Source of the DNA: Bacteroidales bacterium
GTDB taxonomy: Bacteria > Bacteroidota > Bacteroidia > Bacteroidales > TTA-H9
Length of the DNA stretch: 64,000 nt
Assembly: GCA_028689615.1 (NCBI GenBank)
Contig: JAQVCV010000012.1
Location: 10,241-74,240 of the forward strand
Direction of reading: 5' to 3'
The notes under the pieces are model-generated. The model had not been told where the DNA came from, did not search any database, and worked only from the letters and a program-made list of their open reading frames with translations. This document shows positions 38,901 to 47,300 of the stretch, in pieces. A program made the translations under genes and the position numbers. How positions within the stretch are numbered: the first letter of the stretch is position 1; every line of letters begins with the position of its first letter.

Positions 38901-41040
38901 ATCTGCTGTTGAAGTTACCACAGGATCAGGTTCAGGCCTCATTACCGTAACCCCATCAAACAATTGCGGCTCGGGAACACCCCGAACACTGGCAGTAACA
39001 CCGGCAGGCGCACCGCAGGCCACCTCCCCCATTTCAGGACTGATTACACCATGCGAAGGGACCATCCAAAATTATTCGGTGGTGGCGGTTGCAGGCATCA
39101 CCTATGACTGGACTGTTCCCTCTGGTTCCGTGATCAACTCAGGTCAGGGTAGCAATTCTATAAATGCGACCATTGGGAACACGTCGGGAATTATCTCTGT
39201 AACGCCTTCAAACAATTGCGGCAACGGGACGGCAACCAATTTGGTAATCACCATCAATCCGCTTCCAGTTAATCCAGGCACCATCAGTGGTGCGGCATTC
39301 CCCTGCCAAGGGTCGAACCAGACCTATTCGGTTTTCAACCAACCAGGAGTATCGTATAACTGGCAAACCCCTGCGGGCTGGATAATCGTTTCGGGTCAGG
39401 GCACAAGTTCCATCGTGGTTACACCCAATACATCACAAGGCAATCTGACAGTAACTCCGTCGAACGCTTGTGGTAACGGACAGCCCTCATCTTTGGCTGT
39501 TACCCCAATGGTGATGCCCTCGCAACCCTCGCAAATAACCGGACCTGCAGACACCTGCCAACTATCCACCAATTTGATTTACAATGTTGAAGCCATTCCT
39601 GGCGTTACCCACACCTGGGTAGTACCAAACGGATGGAACATTTTGGCCGGCCAGGGAACCAATACCGTAGTGGTCAACAGCGGTTTAATCGGAGGAACCA
39701 TCACCGTATTCCCATCCAACAGTTGCGGAACAGGGCCAGAGAGGACTCTCGCAGTTACGCTGAGCCAACTCCCAGCCCAGCCTGCTTCGGTAATTGGATC
39801 AACCAATACCTGCGCGGGAACCACCCAAACCTACTCGGTACCTCAAACTGCCAACGAAACGTATCAATGGGACGTTCCGGCAGGCTGGGTCGTACTAAGC
39901 GGCCAGGGCACTGCCACAATTACTACACTTACCGGATTTAATGGAGGAAACCTTGTTGTTACACCCTACAACGGATGTGGAGCAGGGACACCTGCCACCT
40001 TGCAGGTTGATGTAGCTTTCGTAACCGCAAATGCCGGTCCGGATCAGGCTATTGCCCCCGGGACATCAACAACCTTAACAGGAGGCGCCTCATCGGGTTC
40101 AGGAAACTACCTGTGGGACTGGCAACCAGCAGCTCTGGTTACCAATCCATCCAACCAGGTGACTCAAACAGTAGATTTAACAACACCTACTGTCTTCACC
40201 CTGACCGTGACTGACCTCACCACAACCTGCAGTGCGGCCGACGACATATTTGTTGACGTACAGTCGAACATCCTGGGAGTAGCAGCCACGGCCACTCCTG
40301 AAAATGTTTGTACCGGCGGATCGTCACAACTCAACGCCTTTGCCATGGGCGGATCAGGGAGTTACACCTACCTTTGGACAAGCAATCCGGCCGGATTTAC
40401 CAGCAATTTACCCAATCCGGTTGTAACGCCATACACAACAACCGACTACACGGTGATTGTTGACGACGGAACAGACGTAGTTTACGACATTGTAACAGTG
40501 AGCATTGTTGATGTACCCTTACAACCCACCACACCTGAAGGACCTGATTCGGTAAACATCAACATGACACCTTCTTCGCTTTACACTACCGAACCCGTAG
40601 CAGGAGCCATATCTTACGTGTGGACCATCGAGCCTTCAATGATTGGAGAAGTTGTAGCAAGCGGCACCGAAGCTACAGTTAACTGGCTGGCTATCGGACG
40701 CGCGTTCCTTACCGTAACAGCCATCAATGAATGTGGGGAAGCTACCAGCGAAACGAAGGTAGTGACGGTTGACAACACCATAGGATTTGAAGAATCGCTG
40801 GAACAAAACATTAAAATCTATCCAAATCCGGTGAAGGATGTTTTGAGTCTGGAATGCCAATATGCTGATATTACCAAAATTGAAATAATTGACCTGTCGG
40901 GTTCAATAGTATTTAGAGAAGAAACAAAACCATTTGACAAATCAATAGAGCTTAATATCACACATTTAAACCCGGGCGTGTACTATTTAAGAATAGCCAC
41001 ATCACAGGGAGGTGTTTTAAGAAAGATTGTAAAGATTTGA
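35944..41040 (+). CDS. Giant T9SS-sorted surface protein: signal peptide, cohesin-like N-domain, 14 tandem two-Cys Ig/PKD-like repeats, Ig-like modules and a T9SS C-terminal domain
   Basis: 1698-aa ORF. The likely start is MKKMYQLMLKLLIVVAGVVFSG at 35968. The N-domain VEIPVTVSSFNQIKGLALHLDLDPTKLDY resembles a cohesin fold. The repeats carry ...C....Y.V....G..Y.W..P.GW.I.SGQGT..I.VT.G...G.I.VTPSN.CG.G.... The C-terminus IKIYPNPVKDVLSLE...GVYYLRIATSQGGVLRKIVKI is a T9SS sorting tail. Confidence 0.9.
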   Translation: MFIKYNKVMKKMYQLMLKLLIVVAGVVFSGNLAVGQNAPVTTALNDTSCLNGLVEIPVTVSSFNQIKGLALHLDLDPTKLDYLTYTQVNPNLPGLNVSYQLQAIGLAELYAIWAGATAVDLPDGDTLFVLQFTLTGSSASLSFNNTANGGTDCQYIDQNGSPLNDEPTADYYHNAAVQIYSTPGQPSTIVGNVSPCKATAQNYVVTQVPGTTYQWEFPSGWTIVNGQGTNSVTVTTGETSGNITVTPSNQCGTQGPARTLAVSVMSVPAQLSPITGPSSPCNGSTITYSVTPAAGVDYTWSIPAGSTIISGQGTNALVITVGPTSGIIKVTPSTVCGAGIPSQKNLTPVVIPTVAPVITGHQYPCKNSDKTYSVAATPGTTYVWTVPSGYTMLSGQGTPNLTIRTGINSGTIQVTPSNSCGTGVAGSLLIEPQDLPTDPGTITGEATPCETSTQIYSVIENPIYTYTWTVPGDWSINSGQGTDSAHVTVGQIGGPIQVASTNDCGTGPASVLIASIRSLPGTATGVAGNTSPCTGNTESYTVDNLPGVTFNWDIPSDWVITYGQGTDSIAVTVGTAAGTIVATPQNSCGSGTGDTLEVQIGQVPGIATPIQGSATPCQGALRNYYVTSVAGITYQWTVPTNWQIVSGQGTSVITVLVGTDAGIIQVVPANQCGNGPARTKAVTPTLLPTQPAAISGNAQPCSGISTSYSVASQTGITYTWVVPTGWIISNGQGTSTITVTTGTAGGDITVTPSNICGAGTPQTLTTTLATVPDQPSAVSGEPQPCQGNEEYYEVVQVTGVDYNWTVPADWILTSGQGTNGILVTVGAVAGNITAVPSNTCGNGLPSTLAVTAIIPPTQPSPITGPNNPCEGQTLTYSVNNVAGITYTWQFPSGWIINNGQGTNTIQVIAGSNSGNISVTPENSCGQANPQLLAVTVSPVPSQPSVITGLNNPCVNSIQAYSVEEVTGLNYQWSFPSGWGIVSGQGTSAVEVTTGSGSGLITVTPSNNCGSGTPRTLAVTPAGAPQATSPISGLITPCEGTIQNYSVVAVAGITYDWTVPSGSVINSGQGSNSINATIGNTSGIISVTPSNNCGNGTATNLVITINPLPVNPGTISGAAFPCQGSNQTYSVFNQPGVSYNWQTPAGWIIVSGQGTSSIVVTPNTSQGNLTVTPSNACGNGQPSSLAVTPMVMPSQPSQITGPADTCQLSTNLIYNVEAIPGVTHTWVVPNGWNILAGQGTNTVVVNSGLIGGTITVFPSNSCGTGPERTLAVTLSQLPAQPASVIGSTNTCAGTTQTYSVPQTANETYQWDVPAGWVVLSGQGTATITTLTGFNGGNLVVTPYNGCGAGTPATLQVDVAFVTANAGPDQAIAPGTSTTLTGGASSGSGNYLWDWQPAALVTNPSNQVTQTVDLTTPTVFTLTVTDLTTTCSAADDIFVDVQSNILGVAATATPENVCTGGSSQLNAFAMGGSGSYTYLWTSNPAGFTSNLPNPVVTPYTTTDYTVIVDDGTDVVYDIVTVSIVDVPLQPTTPEGPDSVNINMTPSSLYTTEPVAGAISYVWTIEPSMIGEVVASGTEATVNWLAIGRAFLTVTAINECGEATSETKVVTVDNTIGFEESLEQNIKIYPNPVKDVLSLECQYADITKIEIIDLSGSIVFREETKPFDKSIELNITHLNPGVYYLRIATSQGGVLRKIVKI
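36487..40015 (+). repeat. 14 tandem in-frame coding repeats of about 250 nt (about 80-84 aa each) inside the giant gene
   Basis: I counted 14 GQG(T/S) cores, each followed about 20 aa later by (P/S/T).N.CG. The repeats are diverged at the DNA level, with no long identical stretches seen by eye. Confidence 0.85.
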
Positions 41041-41059
41041 TATTAGCCTCATAAAAGCA

Positions 41060-41097
41060 AAAAGCTCATCAGAAATGATGAGCTTTTTACTTTTTTT
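41060..41097 (+). terminator. Rho-independent terminator after the giant gene
   Basis: Stem agctcatca (41063-71) / tgatgagct (41076-84), loop gaaa, followed by TTTTACTTTTTTT. Confidence 0.85.
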
Positions 41098-41173
41098 GGA
41101 GATACATTTGATTGAAAAACTGTTTTCCCAAAACAATCAACTATTTTTGCTTAACAAGAAAGCTTTATACATT

Positions 41174-41716
41174 ATGCAAATCATCGAAACCGAAATACCT
41201 GATTTACTGATTATAAAACCACAGGTTTTTGAAGACGACCGCGGCTATTTCTTTGAATCTTACAATCTTGAAAAATTTGTTAACGCCGGTATCGACGTCA
41301 ACTTCGTGCAAGATAACGAGTCCAAATCCATGAAAAATGTTCTTCGTGGTCTTCATTTTCAAGCCCCTCCGTTTGCCCAGGGAAAACTGGTGAGGGTGAT
41401 GCGCGGCGCGGTGCTCGACGTGGCGGTTGATCTGCGAAAAGAGAGTCCCACCTACGGGAAATGGGCCTCCATAGTACTCACCGAATCGAACAAATTCATG
41501 TATTGGATTCCGGCAGGTATGGCTCACGGTTTTTTGACCCTTGAAGACAATACCGTGTTCTTCTACAAATGCACCAACGTTTACAACAAACCCTCAGAAG
41601 GGAGCATCAGATGGAACGATCCCTCATTGGGCATTAAGTGGGGCATAGAGAATCCCATACTCTCTGCTAAAGACCAAACAGCTCCGCTTTTCGAGCTCTT
41701 TACAACCCCGTTCTGA
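41174..41716 (+). CDS. rfbC: dTDP-4-dehydrorhamnose 3,5-epimerase
   Basis: MQIIETEIPDLLIIKPQVFEDDRGYFFESY...RGLHFQ...QGKLVRV..G.VLDVAVDLR. The ORF-track start at 41075 lies inside the upstream terminator hairpin, so I use the ATG at 41174. Confidence 0.93.
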   Translation: MQIIETEIPDLLIIKPQVFEDDRGYFFESYNLEKFVNAGIDVNFVQDNESKSMKNVLRGLHFQAPPFAQGKLVRVMRGAVLDVAVDLRKESPTYGKWASIVLTESNKFMYWIPAGMAHGFLTLEDNTVFFYKCTNVYNKPSEGSIRWNDPSLGIKWGIENPILSAKDQTAPLFELFTTPF

Positions 41717-41760
41717 GCCACCAGAAGCTGACCGGCAACCCCTGCTTCATCCTATTTCAC

Positions 41761-41768
41761 TACCTTTG
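41761..41768 (+). promoter_or_regulatory. Bacteroidota -7 promoter box (TAnnTTTG) for the transglycosylase gene
   Basis: TACCTTTG overlaps the longest-ORF start at 41766. This argues for the downstream ATG at 41829. Confidence 0.5.
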
Positions 41769-41828
41769 CAGCCCAAACAGGGTGGCACAATCAAACTGCT
41801 GTGGCCTCTGTTTAACAATTTGATTTTT

Positions 41829-42809
41829 ATGAAAATACAACATCATATCCTTGCTGTTATCGCACTGATTGTGTCTGGCGTTGCTATTGTGGTCATTCAT
41901 TTGGCACTTACACCTGCCCACCTTGACAACATCGCCGGCAACTTCACCGAACTCAGCGGCAGCAATGTGGTATCAGTTCCTTTACCCCATCAACTTGAGT
42001 TAGCGGGCGAGAAGGTACCTTTAAACCTGTTTTACGTAAGAGAGGCATTGGAGAGGGAATTGACTTCCAACACCTACTGGCATTCCAACACACTGCTCCT
42101 TTTTAAAAGAGCTCACCGGTTCTTCCCTGTCATCGAACCCATCTTAAAAAAGCACGGGATACCCGACGACCTGAAGTATCTGGCGTTGATAGAAAGCGGA
42201 CTGAGTGTGGTTACATCGCCGGCAGGGGCCGGAGGCTATTGGCAGTTTATACCCGAAACAGCTAAAGCCTATGGGCTCGAGATTAACAAATGGGTGGATG
42301 AACGAAATCACATCGGAAAATCGACAGAGGCAGCCTGCCTTTACATGCTTGACTCGTTTGAAGAACACCAGAACTGGACCATGGTAGCCGCCTCCTACAA
42401 CGGCGGACAAGGAAGGATGAAACGGGTGGTTCGTCACCAGGGCACCAGCAATTTCTATGAGCTTTATCTCAACAACGAGACTTCGAGGTATGTGTACAGG
42501 TTGTTAGCCATGAAACTCATCTTTGAGCATCCCGAAAAATATGGTTATCAGCTTAAAAAAGAAGATCTTTACCCCCCGATACCCGTAAAAATGGTTGAAG
42601 TAAACAACCCTGTTAACAACCTGCCTCAATTTGCCCGCGAACATGGCATCAGCTACAAGCTGTTGCGCGAAATGAATCCATGGCTGAACGACAGCACTTT
42701 GAACATGAAATCAGGGCAAAAATACTATATTGCAATCCCCACAGGCAATTTCAACGATTACGATGCCCTGATCAGAGAAGACGTAAACGAAAAACAAAAC
42801 AATCGTTGA
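41829..42809 (+). CDS. Lytic transglycosylase (SLT/MltD-like domain), membrane anchored
   Basis: MKIQHHILAVIALIVSGVAIVVI (TM anchor), then LALIESGLS...AGGYWQFIPETAKAYGL...AASYNGG, which matches the SLT catalytic region. Confidence 0.85.
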   Translation: MKIQHHILAVIALIVSGVAIVVIHLALTPAHLDNIAGNFTELSGSNVVSVPLPHQLELAGEKVPLNLFYVREALERELTSNTYWHSNTLLLFKRAHRFFPVIEPILKKHGIPDDLKYLALIESGLSVVTSPAGAGGYWQFIPETAKAYGLEINKWVDERNHIGKSTEAACLYMLDSFEEHQNWTMVAASYNGGQGRMKRVVRHQGTSNFYELYLNNETSRYVYRLLAMKLIFEHPEKYGYQLKKEDLYPPIPVKMVEVNNPVNNLPQFAREHGISYKLLREMNPWLNDSTLNMKSGQKYYIAIPTGNFNDYDALIREDVNEKQNNR

Positions 42810-42813
42810 ACTC

Positions 42814-45714
42814 ATGAACGATCAGCTTTTGCCGAACATGACATCTGAAGATTCGCACAACACGTCTGTTTCGCAGGAAGAAAGCCTTCAGATATTTGGA
42901 GCCCGTGTTCACAACCTGAAAAACATTGATCTCACCCTGCCACGCAACCAGTTGGTAGTCATCACAGGGCTGAGCGGCAGCGGGAAGTCATCACTGGCTT
43001 TCGATACGATTTATGCAGAAGGACAACGCAGGTATATGGAGACTTTTTCGGCCTATGCCCGGCAATTCCTCGGAAATATGGAACGGCCCGACGTGGATAA
43101 AATCACAGGACTGAGCCCGGTAATCAGCATCGAACAAAAATCGACCAACAACAACCCCCGATCCACCGTTGGCACGATAACCGAAATTTACGATTTCCTG
43201 CGACTGCTCTATGCAAGGGTTGGAGAAGCCTTTTCGCATGTCACGGGCGAAAAAATGGTGAAATATACCGAAGAGAAAATCATCGAGTTGATACTTGAAA
43301 AGTATAACGGCAAAAAAATCATGGTAATGGCCCCACTGGTCAGAGGCAGGAAAGGACACTACCGCGAACTCTTCGAGCAGCTTCGAAAACAGGGATTCAT
43401 GAAAGTGCGCATCGACGGGGAGCTGATAGAACTGAAACCAACGTTGCAAACCGACAGGTACAAACTGCACGACATCGAGTTGGTAGTTGACCGGCTTAAA
43501 GCCGATAACGACAACAAAGCACGGCTCGTGCGATCAGTTCAGGCCGCCACCCGGCAAGGCAAAGGAAGTGTAATGGTGGTTGACGAGAACGCCACAACCG
43601 TGAACCACTTCAGTCGCCACCTGATGTGCCCCACAACCGGTATAGCCTACGAAGAACCAGAACCCAATACCTTCTCGTTCAACTCCCCTTACGGAGCCTG
43701 CCCCAAATGCAACGGTTTGGGGCAAATATCGGAGATCGACCTTGAAAAAATTTTTCCAAACCCGGGACTCTCTATCAGAAAAGGGGGAATCACACCCGTT
43801 GGAGAATACAAAAACACCTGGATTTTCCATCAACTCGAAGGAATTGGCATCAGATACGGCTTCACCCTCGACACCCCTGTGGAAGACATTCCCGATGAAG
43901 CCATCAATGCCATCCTGTATGGAAGCGACGACAATTTCAAAGTAAAAAAAGAGGTAAACGGCGTAATAAACACCTACACCCTTAGTTTTGAAGGGATCGT
44001 AAACTTCATCCTGGCACAAAACGACGAAAACGCCGGACCGGCAGTAAGAAAGTGGGTAGGCGGTTTTCTCAACAAAAAGACATGCCCTGAGTGCAATGGT
44101 GACCGATTGAAACGTGAATCGCTTCAATTCAGAATCGATGGATACAACATCAGCCAGTTGTCGAAAATGGATCTTACTTCCTTACAAACATTCATTACCC
44201 GACTGCCCCAACGGCTTGATGAAAGAAGCCGTACCATTGCCTTTGAAATTATCAGAGAAATTCAAAACCGACTGGGTTTCTTAATCGAAGTTGGACTTGA
44301 GTATCTTACGCTCGACCGTCAGGCCAGAAGCCTTTCGGGAGGCGAGAGCCAGAGAATAAGACTTGCCACCCAGATTGGGTCGCAGTTGGTAGGAGTGCTT
44401 TATATACTCGACGAACCCAGCATTGGTCTTCATCAACGCGACAACCAAAGGCTGATCAAAGCCCTACGCGACCTGCGTGATGTGGGCAACTCGGTGATCG
44501 TTGTAGAACACGATCTTGATATGATTTTAGCCGCTGATCATGTGGTTGACATCGGCCCGGGAGCCGGCGTGCACGGCGGTGAAGTGGTGGCCCAGGGATC
44601 GCCATCCGACATGAACCATTGCCACACCCTAACCTGCGACTACCTAAGTGGCATCAGAAACATCGAAATACCTGCGATTCGACGTCCCGGCAACGGACAC
44701 CACCTCATTCTTAAAGGAGCCAAAGGCAACAACCTGAAGAATGTAACACTCAGCATCCCACTTGGGAAATTTATTTGCATCACGGGGGTGTCGGGAAGCG
44801 GAAAATCGTCGCTTATCAACGAAACCCTCTACCCGATCCTGAGCTCGCACTTTTACCGGTCAGAAAAAAAACCCCTGCCCTACGATTCGATTGCCGGATT
44901 GGAAAACCTTGACAAGGTGATCGAGATTGATCAGTCGCCCATAGGCCGAACCCCCAGGAGCAACCCCGCCACCTATACCAAAATATTTGATGAAATACGC
45001 AACCTGTATGTCATGCTCCCTGAAGCCAAAATCAGAGGATACAAACCCGGGCGGTTTTCATTCAACGTGAAAGGAGGTAGATGCGAAACATGCACCGGAG
45101 CCGGGGTTAAAGTAATAGAGATGAACTTTTTGCCCGATGTGATGGTGCCTTGCGAAGAGTGCCAGGGAAAACGCTACAACAGAGAAACTTTGGAAGTGAG
45201 ATACAGAGGCAGATCGATAAGCGATGTATTGGATCTGACAATTGACCAGGCTGTTGATTTCTTTGAAAACATCCCATCGTTGATGCACAAGATCAAAACC
45301 CTTCAGGATGTAGGATTGGGCTACATCAAGCTTGGGCAACCCTCTACCACACTTTCAGGAGGAGAGGCTCAGAGGGTAAAACTGGCGTCGGAACTCTCGA
45401 AACGCGATACGGGCAAAACACTTTTTATCCTTGACGAGCCAACCACAGGCCTTCACTTTGAGGATGTCAGAGTTCTGATAGATGTACTCAACAGGCTGGC
45501 TGGCAAAGGCAACACAATCCTGGTGATTGAACACAACATGGAAGTGATCAAAGTAGCCGACCATGTGATTGACATAGGACCTGAAGGGGGAATAAAAGGT
45601 GGCACCGTAGTAGCCCAGGGAACCCCAGAAGAATTGGCAGAGAGAAACATCGGATATACAGCCAGCTTTATCAAAGAAGCTTTGCACGACAAGGGAAGAA
45701 TAAAAAAACAATAA
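42814..45714 (+). CDS. uvrA: Excinuclease ABC subunit A
   Basis: 966 aa. Two ABC modules ([23 protein letters not shown]; [17 protein letters not shown]; [12 protein letters not shown]) and zinc-finger Cys pairs. Confidence 0.98.
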   Translation: MNDQLLPNMTSEDSHNTSVSQEESLQIFGARVHNLKNIDLTLPRNQLVVITGLSGSGKSSLAFDTIYAEGQRRYMETFSAYARQFLGNMERPDVDKITGLSPVISIEQKSTNNNPRSTVGTITEIYDFLRLLYARVGEAFSHVTGEKMVKYTEEKIIELILEKYNGKKIMVMAPLVRGRKGHYRELFEQLRKQGFMKVRIDGELIELKPTLQTDRYKLHDIELVVDRLKADNDNKARLVRSVQAATRQGKGSVMVVDENATTVNHFSRHLMCPTTGIAYEEPEPNTFSFNSPYGACPKCNGLGQISEIDLEKIFPNPGLSIRKGGITPVGEYKNTWIFHQLEGIGIRYGFTLDTPVEDIPDEAINAILYGSDDNFKVKKEVNGVINTYTLSFEGIVNFILAQNDENAGPAVRKWVGGFLNKKTCPECNGDRLKRESLQFRIDGYNISQLSKMDLTSLQTFITRLPQRLDERSRTIAFEIIREIQNRLGFLIEVGLEYLTLDRQARSLSGGESQRIRLATQIGSQLVGVLYILDEPSIGLHQRDNQRLIKALRDLRDVGNSVIVVEHDLDMILAADHVVDIGPGAGVHGGEVVAQGSPSDMNHCHTLTCDYLSGIRNIEIPAIRRPGNGHHLILKGAKGNNLKNVTLSIPLGKFICITGVSGSGKSSLINETLYPILSSHFYRSEKKPLPYDSIAGLENLDKVIEIDQSPIGRTPRSNPATYTKIFDEIRNLYVMLPEAKIRGYKPGRFSFNVKGGRCETCTGAGVKVIEMNFLPDVMVPCEECQGKRYNRETLEVRYRGRSISDVLDLTIDQAVDFFENIPSLMHKIKTLQDVGLGYIKLGQPSTTLSGGEAQRVKLASELSKRDTGKTLFILDEPTTGLHFEDVRVLIDVLNRLAGKGNTILVIEHNMEVIKVADHVIDIGPEGGIKGGTVVAQGTPEELAERNIGYTASFIKEALHDKGRIKKQ

Positions 45715-45834
45715 CTGGTTCACAATATCAAAAGTTCCTTAACTTAGCACGCTCTCTGAAAAAACAATTCCAGATGATTTGCATTTTTTTCGCATAAACA
45801 AAATCCTTATTATCAGTAACCTAAAGGGACTCAT

Positions 45835-47070
45835 ATGTCAGAAACCACTCAAAAATCCAAGGACAGCAAAGTTTACTTCCCCGGGTTAAACGGGATACGT
45901 TTCTTTGCCGCATTTTCGGTTATTTTTCATCATGTTGAACAAACAAAATGGTGGATTAACGATCCTGCAACCAATCAATACCCCAATCTGTGGTTGTCGA
46001 TGTTTTGCGACAACATCGGGCACAAAGGGAGAATTATCTTTTTTGTTCTGTCGGGCTTCCTGATCACCTACCTGTTTCTGGCCGAGATCAACAAAACAGG
46101 GACACTCAATCTCAGAAAATTCCATACCCGAAGAGTATTGAGGGTGTGGCCAGTTTATTTGATAGTTGTTTTATTTGGATTTCTGTTACTACCACTCTAC
46201 ACCAACATCCCCTATCACTATGGTGTCAGTTTTAACGAGAGTATTCAAGACGGGTATTGGTTAAAATTCGGATTCTTCTTTTTCATGATGGCTAACATTG
46301 CCAGGTTCTTATGGCAACCAGTACTTGGAATCTCGCAACTTTGGTCCATTGCCGTACAGGAACAATTCTACCTGGTATGGCCTTTTCTGACCAGACTGTT
46401 TAAAAACTACTTTCTACCCTTTGTGATTTTCTTTATAGCATCAAAAGTATCGATAGAAGTCTTACTCAAAATTTATAGAGAGAACTATGAGTGGTTTCCA
46501 AATCAAATCATTACCCTCAACAGACTATCAACCATTATAAAATGGTGGGAGATATTTGCAGTTGACCAACTGGCAATTGGTGCTTTGTGCGCCTACCTGT
46601 TCTTCCACAAGAAGATGAGCATCCTCAACTTTGTTTACAACAAGTGGGTTGTGGTTGTTACCACGATCATATACACTTACTTGTTCTTTATAAAAGTTGA
46701 CTTCTATGGACACACCTTCGTAGAAGGAATCATTGCCGCTGTATTGATGCTCAACATCTCTACCAATCCGAAATTCCCGGTTAAATTGGAAAACCGAACC
46801 TACAATTACCTGGGCAATATAAGCTATGGCATTTATCTTTTCCACAACATAGCAATGATAACAGTACTGAACTACATGCTGAAATACAGCTTATTCAGCA
46901 CCAACGATATCATGTTTAACGTGGTTTTCTATGCGGGAACAGTGGTTCTGACACTGGCAATATCGGCTTTCTCCTACAAGTATATCGAAAACTACTTCCT
47001 GAAGTTGAAATCGAAATACGAGGTTATTAAAAGCACCCGAAACCAGCTTTCAAAGAGCCAGAACGCTTAA
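45835..47070 (+). CDS. Acyltransferase family 3 (membrane O-acyltransferase)
   Basis: 411 aa, polytopic. N-terminal FPGLNGIRFFAAFSVIFHHV is typical of acyltransferase-3 proteins. Confidence 0.85.
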   Translation: MSETTQKSKDSKVYFPGLNGIRFFAAFSVIFHHVEQTKWWINDPATNQYPNLWLSMFCDNIGHKGRIIFFVLSGFLITYLFLAEINKTGTLNLRKFHTRRVLRVWPVYLIVVLFGFLLLPLYTNIPYHYGVSFNESIQDGYWLKFGFFFFMMANIARFLWQPVLGISQLWSIAVQEQFYLVWPFLTRLFKNYFLPFVIFFIASKVSIEVLLKIYRENYEWFPNQIITLNRLSTIIKWWEIFAVDQLAIGALCAYLFFHKKMSILNFVYNKWVVVVTTIIYTYLFFIKVDFYGHTFVEGIIAAVLMLNISTNPKFPVKLENRTYNYLGNISYGIYLFHNIAMITVLNYMLKYSLFSTNDIMFNVVFYAGTVVLTLAISAFSYKYIENYFLKLKSKYEVIKSTRNQLSKSQNA

Positions 47071-47083
47071 AATACGAAGTGTA

Positions 47084-47134
47084 AATGCCTGAATCAACCA
47101 GTCACATATTATTTCCTCGGTTGATTCAGGCATT
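47084..47134. repeat. Perfect 16-bp inverted repeat (hairpin with a 19-nt loop) downstream of the acyltransferase gene
   Basis: aatgcctgaatcaacc (47084-47099) / ggttgattcaggcatt (47119-47134). There is no T-run after it on either strand. Confidence 0.6.
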
Positions 47135-47300
47135 CTTCAACAATCAGCTTTCGGGCTTGGCGACATCTGAATGATTGTGTCATCAGAATCAATAAACACT
47201 CAAAGAAATAATGAACAGTTTGTTTCGTTGGAGGCAATAAGCATCTTTGTCGGGGGCGCCATTGCCACCGACAGAAAATTGATAACCACAGAAAGCAGAT

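Noticed and set aside
36487-40015. Periodic repeats that could superficially suggest a CRISPR or satellite array
   Set aside because: The period is about 250 nt, the units are diverged, in frame and coding, and there is no alternation of short identical repeats with unique spacers. No cas genes are present.
36361-40860. Numerous 60-190-aa alternative-frame and antisense ORFs inside the giant gene
   Set aside because: They are by-products of the repetitive, Gly/Thr/Pro-rich coding sequence. The main frame is continuous for 1698 codons and has a coherent domain architecture.
41075-41173. N-terminal 33-aa extension of the rfbC ORF
   Set aside because: The extension begins inside the terminator hairpin and T-run of the upstream gene. 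The canonical RmlC N-terminus starts at the ATG at 41174.
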